Source: Gammaproteobacteria bacterium | GTDB taxonomy: Bacteria > Pseudomonadota > Gammaproteobacteria > SZUA-229 | Reading direction: 5' to 3' | Assembly (NCBI GenBank): GCA_026196035.1 | Contig: JAPHQX010000055.1 | Span: forward strand, 1-63,979 | Length of the DNA stretch: 63,979 nt | Shown: piece by piece, positions 9,459 to 19,071 of the stretch | Position numbering within the stretch: the stretch's first letter is position 1 | How the letters are laid out: each line of letters begins with the position of its first letter | The notes under the pieces: generated by a model | What the model saw: the letters and a program-made list of their open reading frames with translations, nothing else | What the model was told of the DNA's origin: nothing | Databases searched by the model: none | Translations under genes and position numbers: made by a program

Positions 9459-10394
9459 CTAGTCAACATAACCTTTATTGATTACAGACAGCACCGCACC
9501 GACTAACTCATCCGGTTTAAACTTGGGAACAAAATGATTGGCGCCTACTTTTTCAACCATACTATTATTAAACACTCCACTCAATGATGTATGCAGCATG
9601 ACAAAAATATCCTGTAGCTCGGGATCTTTTCTTATGTTAGTGGTCAATGTATAGCCATCCATACGTGGCATTTCTATATCTGAAATAACCATTGCTATCT
9701 GTTCTTTTAATGGTGTTCCTTCTTTAACAAGGTCTTTGAGAGTCTCATATCCGTGTTGACCATCATTTGCAATAATACATTCTATACCGGCTTTTTCCAT
9801 TACACGTTTCATCTGGTTACGGGCTACTGAAGAATCATCTACAATCAATACGCGCCTGGGGCGTTCCGACTCCATAGCTTTTGCTTCTTCAAGCAGGTCT
9901 TCGCTGACCTCTTCAGGCAAGCCCATAACATCCGCAAATATTTTTTCTACATCAATAATTTCAACCAGCTGCTCGTCGACATGAGTCACTGCGGTTAAAT
10001 AACTGCTGGCTCCACTACCCTGAGGTGGAGGAAGAATTTCTTTCCAGTTCATATTTGCAATACGGTCGACCGCATTAACCAGAAAACCCTGTGTGTAACG
10101 ATTATATTCAGTAACAATGACAAAACATTCTTCAATATTCTGTATAGCAATATTATTAATAGATAAAGAGAGATCCATTATAGGAATGGTTTTATTACGC
10201 AGATGAGCCACACCAACAACACGGTTATTTGCCTTTGGCATACGTGTTAATTTTGGACAACGAATGACTTCCTGTACTTTAAATACATTAATACCATATA
10301 ACTGGCGCCCCCCCAGCCTGAACAACAGCAGTTCAAGACGATTAGTTCCTGCTAACTGCGTTCTACTATCAACACTATCAAGCACCCCAGCCAT
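9459..10394 (-). CDS. cheV: Chemotaxis coupling protein CheV (CheW-like domain plus receiver domain)
   Basis: 311 aa. N-terminal CheW-like domain (LELLLFRLGGRQLYGINVFKVQEV) and C-terminal REC (VLIVDDSSVARNQM...ISDIEMPRMDGYTL). Confidence 0.9.
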   Translation of the reverse strand: MAGVLDSVDSRTQLAGTNRLELLLFRLGGRQLYGINVFKVQEVIRCPKLTRMPKANNRVVGVAHLRNKTIPIMDLSLSINNIAIQNIEECFVIVTEYNRYTQGFLVNAVDRIANMNWKEILPPPQGSGASSYLTAVTHVDEQLVEIIDVEKIFADVMGLPEEVSEDLLEEAKAMESERPRRVLIVDDSSVARNQMKRVMEKAGIECIIANDGQHGYETLKDLVKEGTPLKEQIAMVISDIEMPRMDGYTLTTNIRKDPELQDIFVMLHTSLSGVFNNSMVEKVGANHFVPKFKPDELVGAVLSVINKGYVD

Positions 10395-10585
10395 TATTTA
10401 ACCTCTCTAGTCATAGTATTTTAAACATCAGAGCGCCTGTTCCCGAGACGGACTTATTCAACTATAATTCTTTTTCATTTTGATAAAAAAAAACAAACGG
10501 CTAAATCACGATAAGATTCCAGCCCATGATCCCAAGATTATAACTTAGAGTCTAGTACACAATTGACCACACACCAGGAATAGCG

Positions 10586-11926
10586 ATGTTAAAGCACCTG
10601 TTAGTTACAAAATATGCACTGCCCATTTTAGAAGCTGCCCTGAAAGCTGATTATCAGGAATTATCCAAGCTTGCCAGTGAGTGTGCCACAACCTCATCTG
10701 CACTTTCTAATACCACTAATAAAATTCTGGATAATAATAAAAAACTTTCGACACTTGCTGAGAATGGCATCTGGTCATTACAACAAACTTATGAAATACA
10801 GACTAGAGCACTGGAATTACAACATCAGGTTGCTGAAATTGGTGGCGTCACTGCCAGTGTAGCTGCAGCTACTGAAGAAATGGCTGCCTCAGCAACTGAA
10901 ATTTCGCAATCAGCCCAGAACACGTCATCACGAGCAATGGAAAGCTATGAAAAAACTGAACAGGGTAACGTTGCCATATCATCTATGATAGGTGATATGG
11001 ATCTGCTGGAAAATGCTATAAATGCCATGTTTAACGGTGTTACCAAATTTACAGGGTTTACCGATGAAATAAACAGCCTGACTTCAAGTGTCCGTGATAT
11101 CGCAAATCAGACTAACTTACTTGCCCTGAATGCCGCGATTGAAGCCGCCCGGGCCGGTGAAGCCGGTCGTGGTTTTGCCGTTGTTGCTGATGAGGTAAAA
11201 CAACTCGCCTCTAAAACAGAAAAAGCCACGCTGGAAATAGAAAGCGTAACCAGCACCATGAATACACTCATGGCCGACATTAGTCAGTCAGTTGGTTCCA
11301 GTAAAGAAGGCCTTAAACAAAGCGCGGATAGTCTTGAAACAGTGGCCATCGCACTTGGTGAAGTCACTTCTGTTGTTAATGATGTCAGTTATCAGGTCAG
11401 AACAATCTCAGCTTCTGCAGCCGAACAACAATCAGTTTCCATGGAGATGGCATCAAAACTTAATGAAATCACTCTGGCGGTCGAAGAAGAAACCCAGCGA
11501 GTGGAGAATATCACTCGCCAAACAGATGAACTGAATAACACTATCTTAAGCCAGTTTAATCTGCTGGCATCATTCGATCAGGATGAAATATTATTACAAA
11601 CCGTCAAGGCAGATCATATTGCCCTGAAAACACGGCTATCCATGATGGCACTGGGGCAATCAATCGATAGCCAGCATGAAATTGAGCAATGTCGTCTATC
11701 GCACTGGTATGAAACCACCGGCAAGCAACGCTATGGACACTACCCGTCCTTTGAAAAAATAGCAGGCCCACATTCAAATATTCACCAACTTGGCAAGGAA
11801 ATTGCAGAATTATCCATAAATAGACAATTTGAGCTGGCCCGTCAAAAAATTGATGAGCTGACTCATTTTAATCGAGAACTGTTTTTATACATTGACGAAT
11901 TACTGGAAGAAATACATAAAACATGA
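10586..11926 (+). CDS. Soluble methyl-accepting chemotaxis protein with C-terminal CZB (chemoreceptor zinc-binding) domain
   Basis: 446 aa with no hydrophobic N-terminal segment. MCP hairpin core is [37 protein letters not shown]. The C-terminus has H344-x3-..C369..H396-x3-H400, fitting the CZB pattern. Its stop overlaps the flgA start (ATGA). Confidence 0.85.
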   Translation: MLKHLLVTKYALPILEAALKADYQELSKLASECATTSSALSNTTNKILDNNKKLSTLAENGIWSLQQTYEIQTRALELQHQVAEIGGVTASVAAATEEMAASATEISQSAQNTSSRAMESYEKTEQGNVAISSMIGDMDLLENAINAMFNGVTKFTGFTDEINSLTSSVRDIANQTNLLALNAAIEAARAGEAGRGFAVVADEVKQLASKTEKATLEIESVTSTMNTLMADISQSVGSSKEGLKQSADSLETVAIALGEVTSVVNDVSYQVRTISASAAEQQSVSMEMASKLNEITLAVEEETQRVENITRQTDELNNTILSQFNLLASFDQDEILLQTVKADHIALKTRLSMMALGQSIDSQHEIEQCRLSHWYETTGKQRYGHYPSFEKIAGPHSNIHQLGKEIAELSINRQFELARQKIDELTHFNRELFLYIDELLEEIHKT

Positions 11927-12642
11927 CTATGCGCGCCCTATTAATGACACTCACAGTATTAAATTTCAGTTTAATCAGTGGCATCAGTATGGCGAGCTCA
12001 ATTCAACAGTACCAGACCCATGAATCAATTCTCTCAGCGGTCAGGCATTTTCTGGAAACACACAATGAACTGGATCAATATAAAAAAGTTGATATCCAGC
12101 TGGGCAGAATAGACCCAAGGCTTAAAGTCAGTCAGTGCTCACAGGCGCTGGAACTAAGTCTGGCCCCCGGCAGTGACACCACAGGAAAAACCACTGTTAA
12201 TGTACGCTGCACTACAGACAAGACCTGGGCACTCTACATCACAGCCGTAATCAATAAATTTGCAACGGTTTATCAAACAGCTGCCCCACTGGCCAGAGGC
12301 CATATCATTACCGAACAGGACATACAGACGGTTGAGTACAATCTGGCCAAATTGAATCGTGGCTATTACACAGACAAAAAATCTCTCATTGGACAGGAAA
12401 CCAGACGTAAATTAGACAAATTTAAGATCATTCATCCTGGTCAGGTAAAAGCCCCTCTCATGGTAAAACAGGGTGAACATGTGGCATTGATAGCCACAAG
12501 CAAGCAGTTTTCTGTACGAATGTCAGGGACAGCCCTGATGAACGGCGCCCTTGGCGATCATATTCGTGTCAAAAACCTGTCTTCAAAGCGTATAATCGAA
12601 GGCAAAGTCACCCGAAACGGTGAAGTAACGGTATTGAATTAA
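11923..12642 (+). CDS. flgA: Flagellar P-ring assembly chaperone FlgA
   Basis: 239 aa with a signal peptide. C-terminal FlgA/SAF-like region ([19 protein letters not shown]..., [25 protein letters not shown]). Lies upstream of flgM-flgN. Confidence 0.8.
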   Translation: MTMRALLMTLTVLNFSLISGISMASSIQQYQTHESILSAVRHFLETHNELDQYKKVDIQLGRIDPRLKVSQCSQALELSLAPGSDTTGKTTVNVRCTTDKTWALYITAVINKFATVYQTAAPLARGHIITEQDIQTVEYNLAKLNRGYYTDKKSLIGQETRRKLDKFKIIHPGQVKAPLMVKQGEHVALIATSKQFSVRMSGTALMNGALGDHIRVKNLSSKRIIEGKVTRNGEVTVLN

Positions 12643-12647
12643 TATAC

Positions 12648-12674
12648 TAAAGTTTTATATACGTTTGCCGATAA
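12648..12674 (+). promoter_or_regulatory. Sigma-28 (FliA) promoter for flgM-flgN
   Basis: TAAAGTTT-N11-GCCGATAA, an exact match to the enterobacterial sigma-28 consensus. It ends 33 nt upstream of the flgM ATG. Confidence 0.7.
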
Positions 12675-12707
12675 CTGACATAGAGAGATAATGACCAGGG
12701 AAAAATC

Positions 12708-13016
12708 ATGACTAACCCCATCAACAACATTAATCGTCCGCTAACTGATGCGTTAAGCTCCGGCAATAACAAGGCCAAAGCACAGACATCAGCCGATAGC
12801 AGTGCCGAAACACGGCCCTCATCTGAAGACACAGTGAGTCTATCAGCAGAAAGCGGACAGGTTAGAAGCCTGCAACAACAACTGGACGCAGTGCCAGAAG
12901 TCGATACTGAAAAAGTAGAGGCCATCAAGCGTGAAATTGCCAAAGGCAACTACCCTCTTGACCCGGAACGCATTGCTGAAAACCTGATTAACCTGGAAAA
13001 AGCATTATCCGAGTAA
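12708..13016 (+). CDS. flgM: Anti-sigma-28 factor FlgM
   Basis: 102 aa. Ser/Ala-rich disordered N-terminus and C-terminal FlgM motif (EKVEAIKREIAKGNYPLDPERIAENLI). Confidence 0.85.
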   Translation: MTNPINNINRPLTDALSSGNNKAKAQTSADSSAETRPSSEDTVSLSAESGQVRSLQQQLDAVPEVDTEKVEAIKREIAKGNYPLDPERIAENLINLEKALSE

Positions 13017-13020
13017 TTCT

Positions 13021-13470
13021 ATGCAAACAGATATTAAAAATATTCATGATGAAATCATTCAATATGCCGAGGCATTGCTGACATGTCTGAATAGTGAGTT
13101 TGAAATACTTAATTCACATGAGTATGAAAATCTGATACCTATCGCCAGTCAAAAGCAGGAACTGGTTCAGTCACTGAATATTCTCGACAATAAACGCCAG
13201 GCATTAACAGTCGACAACGACTACAGTGGATATCTAAAAAAAATTGATGCCAGCGGCTTGCTGCTTAAACACTGGAACTTAACTCTGGAAAGAATCAAAC
13301 AGTGCAATATACAGAATGAAGTTAATGGTCGGCTGATAAACAAACTCAATCAAATCTCACGAGAAACACTCGATATATTTACCGGTAATAACTCCAGTGC
13401 TGATGTAACTTATAACCCACAGGGATTAAAACAGGGAAACAGTACCCAGTTAACCAATACTCGCGCCTGA
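13021..13470 (+). CDS. flgN: Flagellar export chaperone FlgN (by position and size)
   Basis: 149 aa helical protein starting 4 nt after flgM. The assignment is mainly positional. Confidence 0.65.
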   Translation: MQTDIKNIHDEIIQYAEALLTCLNSEFEILNSHEYENLIPIASQKQELVQSLNILDNKRQALTVDNDYSGYLKKIDASGLLLKHWNLTLERIKQCNIQNEVNGRLINKLNQISRETLDIFTGNNSSADVTYNPQGLKQGNSTQLTNTRA

Positions 13471-13472
13471 AA

Positions 13473-14186
13473 TCACCTAAACAACTCTCTGCTTTTTAAA
13501 GGCCTGTCGCCCAGATAATAAGCAAGCACATAGCGTGTTAAAAACTTGATCTGCTTTCTTATTCCTGCAATTGCCAGATCGTCCTCAGCAAAAGCCAGCA
13601 AACTTGATCCATCAATAACCATCTGAGTAGAAGACTGATTATTAGCTGATAATTCAACCGGGCCATGCTCAATATAATAAATATACTGTTTATCTGCCGA
13701 GACCATTTCACCGGAATCGGCATCAGCTGTTAAATTCATTTCAAAACCCAGAAACTGAAGCAGTTTTTTCTCAAATAGTCGCAAGCAGATTTCTATCTGA
13801 TCAGATGTAGTCAGGCAAGCCAGTGTCTGTTGATACAATGAAAACACTTCTTCATAAACATCATGCTTATGAAGCAATCTCATTAATAATTCATTAATAT
13901 AAAGGGCACTCAGCAACGCGTCACCAGATAACTGATATCTATTTTGCTGCATTATTTCTGCACTTGATAACACTGGCAACTCACCTTTTCCACTCCAGCA
14001 GGCAGACAACATCTGGAATGGCCTTAATGTATTTTTAAGTTTTGATTTTGGTGAAGAACCACCGCGACTCATCACAGCCAGCCGACCATGATTTTGAGTA
14101 AACAGTTCGAGAATTAAACTACTATCACGAAATGGACGATGATGAAGTATATAAACAGACTGATCCTGTATTCTCATAACAATCAA
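13473..14186 (-). CDS. recO: DNA repair protein RecO
   Basis: 237 aa. N-terminus (M)RIQDQSVYILHHRPFRDSSLILELFTQNHGRLAVMSRG is like RecO. Lies downstream of era. The start may be the Met at 14174. Confidence 0.85.
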   Translation of the reverse strand: MIVMRIQDQSVYILHHRPFRDSSLILELFTQNHGRLAVMSRGGSSPKSKLKNTLRPFQMLSACWSGKGELPVLSSAEIMQQNRYQLSGDALLSALYINELLMRLLHKHDVYEEVFSLYQQTLACLTTSDQIEICLRLFEKKLLQFLGFEMNLTADADSGEMVSADKQYIYYIEHGPVELSANNQSSTQMVIDGSSLLAFAEDDLAIAGIRKQIKFLTRYVLAYYLGDRPLKSRELFR

Positions 14187-15088
14187 TCATCATTAGTATA
14201 ACCAAGACTGCGTAGTGCAGCCTCGTCATCAGACCAGCCTGCTTTAACTTTTACCCATAACTGAAGAAAAACTTTTTGGCCAAGTAATTTTTCCATTTCC
14301 TTTCGCGCCTTAGTGCCAATACTTTTAAGGCGACCACCTTTGCTTCCAATAATAATTGCTTTTTGACCTTTTGTTTCAACAAGAATAGCGGCATTTATTC
14401 GTATTAATTTCTCTTCTTCCTTAAAGGTTTCAATTTCCACCGTTGACTGGTAAGGCAATTCATCACCCAGTTCCCTGACCAGTTTTTCACGAATTAACTC
14501 TGCAACAAGAAATCTTGAACTACGATCGGTAAAATCATCCTCATCATAATAAGGTGGATTTACAGGCAGCAATTCTATCAGGGAATCTTCAAGCTGCTTA
14601 ACATTGTTGCCTTTTTCAGCTGATACTGGCATTACAGATTTAAAATTAAATTTATTACTCAACTCCTGCAAAAAAGGAAGCAGAGTTTCTTTTTCTTTTA
14701 TAGTATCGACTTTATTAACAACAAGAATAACAGGCGTCTCTATCTGTTTTAATTTATCCAGAACCATTTGGTCTTCTTCTGTCCAGACAAGAGCCTGGAC
14801 AACAAAAAGCACGACATCGACATCAAAAATAACCGAGCTCGCAGCCTTATTCATATAACGATTAATAGCCTTCTTTCCACCTGAATGCATTCCAGGCGTA
14901 TCAACGTATATTGACTGACTGTGAGCAGATGTTTTTATGCCCAGAATTTGATGTCGTGTTGTTTGCGGCTTACGCGAAGTAATACTAAGCTTAACACCCA
15001 GAATATGATTCAATAATGTAGATTTACCAACATTAGGCCGACCTATAATAGCCACATAACCACATTTAAAATCGTCATCTGAACTCAT
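14183..15088 (-). CDS. era: GTPase Era
   Basis: 301 aa. G1 motif GRPNVGKSTLLN and a KH domain C-terminus. Part of the rnc-era-recO order. Confidence 0.95.
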   Translation of the reverse strand: MSSDDDFKCGYVAIIGRPNVGKSTLLNHILGVKLSITSRKPQTTRHQILGIKTSAHSQSIYVDTPGMHSGGKKAINRYMNKAASSVIFDVDVVLFVVQALVWTEEDQMVLDKLKQIETPVILVVNKVDTIKEKETLLPFLQELSNKFNFKSVMPVSAEKGNNVKQLEDSLIELLPVNPPYYDEDDFTDRSSRFLVAELIREKLVRELGDELPYQSTVEIETFKEEEKLIRINAAILVETKGQKAIIIGSKGGRLKSIGTKARKEMEKLLGQKVFLQLWVKVKAGWSDDEAALRSLGYTNDD

Positions 15089-15097
15089 AAATAACTT

Positions 15098-15799
15098 CTA
15101 TTGTCTTTTTTCATTAATTTCTAATTCGACTTTTGAGATAGCTTCAATAGCGGCCTGTTGCTCAGCTTTTCTACGACTAGCTGCCTGACCAGAAGACCTG
15201 ATATTTAATTCATCTATAGAACAGGTTACAGAAAACATCTGATTATGAGCCTTACCAGAAATCGAACTTACATCATAAACAGGTAAGGAAAGTTTTCGTG
15301 ACTGCAATAATTCCTGCAACTGCGTCTTAGGATCTTTTAATGTTGATGGATCAGGTATGTTTTTAAGCTGTTTTTTATATAAACTGAGCACAAGATTTCT
15401 GGCTAACTCAAACCCTGCATCTATGTACACAGCACCTATAATAGCTTCGACAGTATCTGACAAAATTGAGTCACGTCGATAACCGCCACTTTTTAATTCA
15501 CCGCCACCGAGAATAAGATAGTCGCCCAAATTTAAATCCCTGGCGATATTAGCCAGCCCATCCTGATTCACCAGCGAAGCACGTAAACGACTTAAATCAC
15601 CTTCAGGGTATTGCGGATACATAGAAAACAGCTTGTCCGCAATAACAAAATTAACAATACTATCGCCAAGAAACTCAAGGCGTTCATAATTTCTTGCGCC
15701 AGCACTACGATGAGTTAAGGCCTCTATTAATAATTCACTATTTTTAAAAGTATAATCAAGCTTAGCAATCAGGCTATTAATATTTTGCGGCTGTTTCAT
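15098..15799 (-). CDS. rnc: Ribonuclease III
   Basis: 233 aa. RNase III signature ERLEFLGDS and a C-terminal dsRBD. Confidence 0.95.
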   Translation of the reverse strand: MKQPQNINSLIAKLDYTFKNSELLIEALTHRSAGARNYERLEFLGDSIVNFVIADKLFSMYPQYPEGDLSRLRASLVNQDGLANIARDLNLGDYLILGGGELKSGGYRRDSILSDTVEAIIGAVYIDAGFELARNLVLSLYKKQLKNIPDPSTLKDPKTQLQELLQSRKLSLPVYDVSSISGKAHNQMFSVTCSIDELNIRSSGQAASRRKAEQQAAIEAISKVELEINEKRQ

Positions 15800-15818
15800 T
15801 TACATTGAAATAAATCAT

Positions 15819-16193
15819 TTATCGAGTTGGTAAATTCACTTCATGATCAAAAATAACCAGAAAATTAAGATTTCCAAAAACAGGCCCTTTTTCTTCAATA
15901 TGAACCTTTAATTTAAAACCTTTGTCCGATCTTTTATATTGAAATGTATCTTTGGTTCTCATTAAATAAGCCAGATTATTTACTTCAAGCCTCTTGGAAA
16001 TCATGCTATTTATCTGTTTTGGCGTTTTACCTTTAATATCTGGATCACTTTTCAATGAATCCACTATAGATTTTACCGAATTGTGATTCATATATACCGG
16101 GATAATACGCAATGCCATTAAACCCTGTACAGCCACCAGGCCTATCACAATAATCCATGCTATAGCCGTTAATCCACGCTGCCTTTTAATCAT
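15819..16193 (-). CDS. DUF4845-type small membrane protein
   Basis: Conserved lepB-rnc spacer gene of gammaproteobacteria. The likely start is MIKRQRGLTAIAWIIVIGLV (Met at 16193), just after the lepB stop. The longer ORF to 16226 would overlap lepB. Confidence 0.6.
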   Translation of the reverse strand: MIKRQRGLTAIAWIIVIGLVAVQGLMALRIIPVYMNHNSVKSIVDSLKSDPDIKGKTPKQINSMISKRLEVNNLAYLMRTKDTFQYKRSDKGFKLKVHIEEKGPVFGNLNFLVIFDHEVNLPTR

Positions 16194-16206
16194 AAGCAAA
16201 CTCCGA

Positions 16207-17001
16207 TTATTTAATAAATGTGCCAATTCGTTTCCAGTCCACGCCTGAACTCCAGTTCATCCAGATCATGAATGCCTTACCCACCAGATACTTATCCGGG
16301 ACAACCCCCCAATAACGACTATCATTGCTATTGTCACGATTATCACCCATCATGAAATAATGACCTTCAGGTACTATATATTCTGCATCCAGACTTGGCC
16401 GTCCTGGAATCAATAACATAATATGGTTTCTATCATCGAGTTTTTCTAAATATTCTTTTGCAGTATTTTCTTCGCCTGGTCCATTATAAATAGAAACATA
16501 TTCGCGTTTTACAGGCTTACCATTTATATAGAGAACTTTGTTGTAATAGGCAATATGATCACCTGGCAAACCAATAACACGTTTTATATAATCAATGGAT
16601 GGGTCACGTGGATAACGAAAAACAACAACATCTCCACGCTCTGGATTATCAATCTCAACGATCTTTACATTAGCTACTGGCAGACGTATACCATAGGAAA
16701 ATTTATTCACCAGAATAAAATCACCAATATACAAAGACGGTATCATTGAACCAGAAGGAATTCTAAAAGGCTCTACCAGAAAGCCCCTGAGTAAAAACAC
16801 AATTAATAAAACCGGAAAAAAAGATTTTGCGTACTCAACAACAACGGGCTCACCTTTACGCCGACTCGGCATGGCACCTTCAACACTGTATTCAAACGGA
16901 TTATCTTTTCTTTTAGGCGCCCATACCCAGGCATCAAGTGCCCAGATCACACCGGTAATGAGCGTTCCCATTAAAAGAAAAAAAGCAAAATCATACGTCA
17001 T
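16207..17001 (-). CDS. lepB: Signal peptidase I
   Basis: 264 aa. Catalytic boxes IPSGSMIPSL and GDNRDNSNDSRYWG. Confidence 0.95.
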   Translation of the reverse strand: MTYDFAFFLLMGTLITGVIWALDAWVWAPKRKDNPFEYSVEGAMPSRRKGEPVVVEYAKSFFPVLLIVFLLRGFLVEPFRIPSGSMIPSLYIGDFILVNKFSYGIRLPVANVKIVEIDNPERGDVVVFRYPRDPSIDYIKRVIGLPGDHIAYYNKVLYINGKPVKREYVSIYNGPGEENTAKEYLEKLDDRNHIMLLIPGRPSLDAEYIVPEGHYFMMGDNRDNSNDSRYWGVVPDKYLVGKAFMIWMNWSSGVDWKRIGTFIK

Positions 17002-17032
17002 ATAGAAATTCTCTTATAATTCTTGTATGCAC

Positions 17033-18826
17033 TCAGGCATTATCAACTTTAAGCACTGCAAGAAAAGCATCCTGCGGTATTTCTACTTTGCCAAATTGCT
17101 TCATGCGTTTTTTACCTTTCTTTTGCTTGTCCAGTAATTTTCGCTTACGACTAACGTCACCGCCATAACATTTTGCGGTAACATTTTTACGTAAAGCCTT
17201 GACTGTAGAACGTGCAATAATATGGCGACCAATGGCCGCCTGAATGGCTATATCAAACATCTGTCGTGGGATTAACTCACGCATTTTCCCTGCCAGTTCC
17301 CGTCCACGACGCTGTGACTGGTCTTCATGTATGATAACAGCTAAGGCATCAACTTTTTCACTATTGATTAATATATCAACTTTTACCAGCTTTGCTGGCT
17401 GAAAACGCTTAAATTCATAATCAAATGAGGCATAACCTCTACTCACTGATTTTAGACGATCAAAAAAGTCTAGCACAACTTCACTCAGCGGCATTTCGTA
17501 GGTCAGAGCTACCTGAGCCCCCATATACTGCATATTCACCTGCACACCGCGTTTTTCAATACACAGACTGATCACATTACCCAGATAATCCTGAGGCACC
17601 AGTATATTGGCCTGAATGATGGGTTCACGAATTTCTTCTATCAGATTAACTTCGGGCAAATCAGCCGGATTATGGATCTGGAAAACCTCACCTTTACTGG
17701 TTTCCACTTCATAAACCACAGTGGGTGCCGTGGTAATCAGATCAAGATCATATTCCCGTTCCAGTCGTTCCTGAACGATTTCCATGTGCAGCATACCGAG
17801 GAAACCGATACGAAACCCAAAACCCAGGGCTGATGAGGTTTCTGGCTCAAACTGCAAGGAAGCATCATTAAGACGCAATTTTTCCAGCGCTTCACGGAAA
17901 TTATCATAATCATCGGAATCAACGGGGAACATGCCTGCAAATACACGGGGCTGTACCTCCTTAAAACCGGGTAATGCCTTCTCTGTAGGACGATCGACCA
18001 GGGTAATCGTGTCACCCACACGTGCTGAATCAATTTCTTTCATCCCGGCAATGATATAACCGACCTGACCTGCAGAAAGCTCCGCAGTATCGGTACGTTT
18101 TGGCGTAAACACACCCACATTATCCACAGAATAGCCACGACCTGTCGACATCACGAGCATTTTATTACCCTTGCGTATACGACCCTGTTTGATACGTACC
18201 AGAATAATGACACCCACATAGGCATCGAACCAGGAATCAATAATCAGCGCCTGCAAAGGCGCATCAGGATCACCTTCAGGTGCCGGAATACGCTGTATCA
18301 GCTGCTCCAGCAAATCCTCGACACCAATACCTGATTTTGCACTGACCTGACAGGCATCCGTGGCTTCAATACCAATAATGTCTTCGATTTCCTGGATCAC
18401 TCGATCCGGATCAGCTGCGGGAAGATCTATTTTATTCAGCACTGGCACGACTTCCAGCCCCAGATCTATGGCCGTATAACAGTTAGCTACACTCTGAGCC
18501 TCGACACCCTGGGAAGCATCGACTATCAGCAGTGCGCCCTCACAGGCTTCAAGAGACCGGGAAACTTCATAGGAAAAATCCACATGCCCCGGTGTATCAA
18601 TCATATTCAACTGATAAATTTCACCATTTCTGGCTTTATAATCCAGGGACACGCTCTGTGCCTTGATGGTGATGCCACGCTCGCGCTCCAGATCCATACT
18701 ATCAAGCACCTGTGATTCCATTTCGCGCTCGCTCAATCCACCACAGGTCTGTATAAATCTATCGGCTAATGTGGATTTGCCATGGTCAATATGGGCAATA
18801 ATGGAAAAATTTCGAATGTTCTGCAT
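17033..18826 (-). CDS. lepA: Elongation factor 4 (LepA)
   Basis: 597 aa. [28 protein letters not shown], and a LepA C-terminal domain. Confidence 0.97.
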   Translation of the reverse strand: MQNIRNFSIIAHIDHGKSTLADRFIQTCGGLSEREMESQVLDSMDLERERGITIKAQSVSLDYKARNGEIYQLNMIDTPGHVDFSYEVSRSLEACEGALLIVDASQGVEAQSVANCYTAIDLGLEVVPVLNKIDLPAADPDRVIQEIEDIIGIEATDACQVSAKSGIGVEDLLEQLIQRIPAPEGDPDAPLQALIIDSWFDAYVGVIILVRIKQGRIRKGNKMLVMSTGRGYSVDNVGVFTPKRTDTAELSAGQVGYIIAGMKEIDSARVGDTITLVDRPTEKALPGFKEVQPRVFAGMFPVDSDDYDNFREALEKLRLNDASLQFEPETSSALGFGFRIGFLGMLHMEIVQERLEREYDLDLITTAPTVVYEVETSKGEVFQIHNPADLPEVNLIEEIREPIIQANILVPQDYLGNVISLCIEKRGVQVNMQYMGAQVALTYEMPLSEVVLDFFDRLKSVSRGYASFDYEFKRFQPAKLVKVDILINSEKVDALAVIIHEDQSQRRGRELAGKMRELIPRQMFDIAIQAAIGRHIIARSTVKALRKNVTAKCYGGDVSRKRKLLDKQKKGKKRMKQFGKVEIPQDAFLAVLKVDNA

Positions 18827-19071
18827 TAGTTATTCGTAATACTCAGAATCTGCTCAACGGCAGCCTTGTCCAGAAAATAATGGCACACCTTCCTGTCGCC
18901 ATACATCACAACAGGCACCTCAGCGCCATATTGCTCTACCAATTTGGATTCGGAGTCTACATCTATCGGCACTATTTCAAAAGCATAAGTTCGACGTAAT
19001 TGCTCTAATTGCCACAATAAATCATCACATAAGTGACAACCATGCCGAATATAAACCCGGAATTCGATCAC
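18826..19071 (-). CDS. Glutaredoxin-like small thioredoxin-fold protein (DUF836-like)
   Basis: 81 aa with a CHLC redox motif near the N-terminus. Its start overlaps the degP stop and its stop abuts the lepA start. Confidence 0.55.
   Translation of the reverse strand: MIEFRVYIRHGCHLCDDLLWQLEQLRRTYAFEIVPIDVDSESKLVEQYGAEVPVVMYGDRKVCHYFLDKAAVEQILSITNN

Noticed and set aside
10502-10529. Possible sigma-28 promoter (TAAA-N16-GCCCATGA) upstream of the CZB chemoreceptor gene
   Set aside because: The -10 element matches GCCGATAA at only 6 of 8 positions. The spacing is one nucleotide longer than at the two good sites. Too weak to call.
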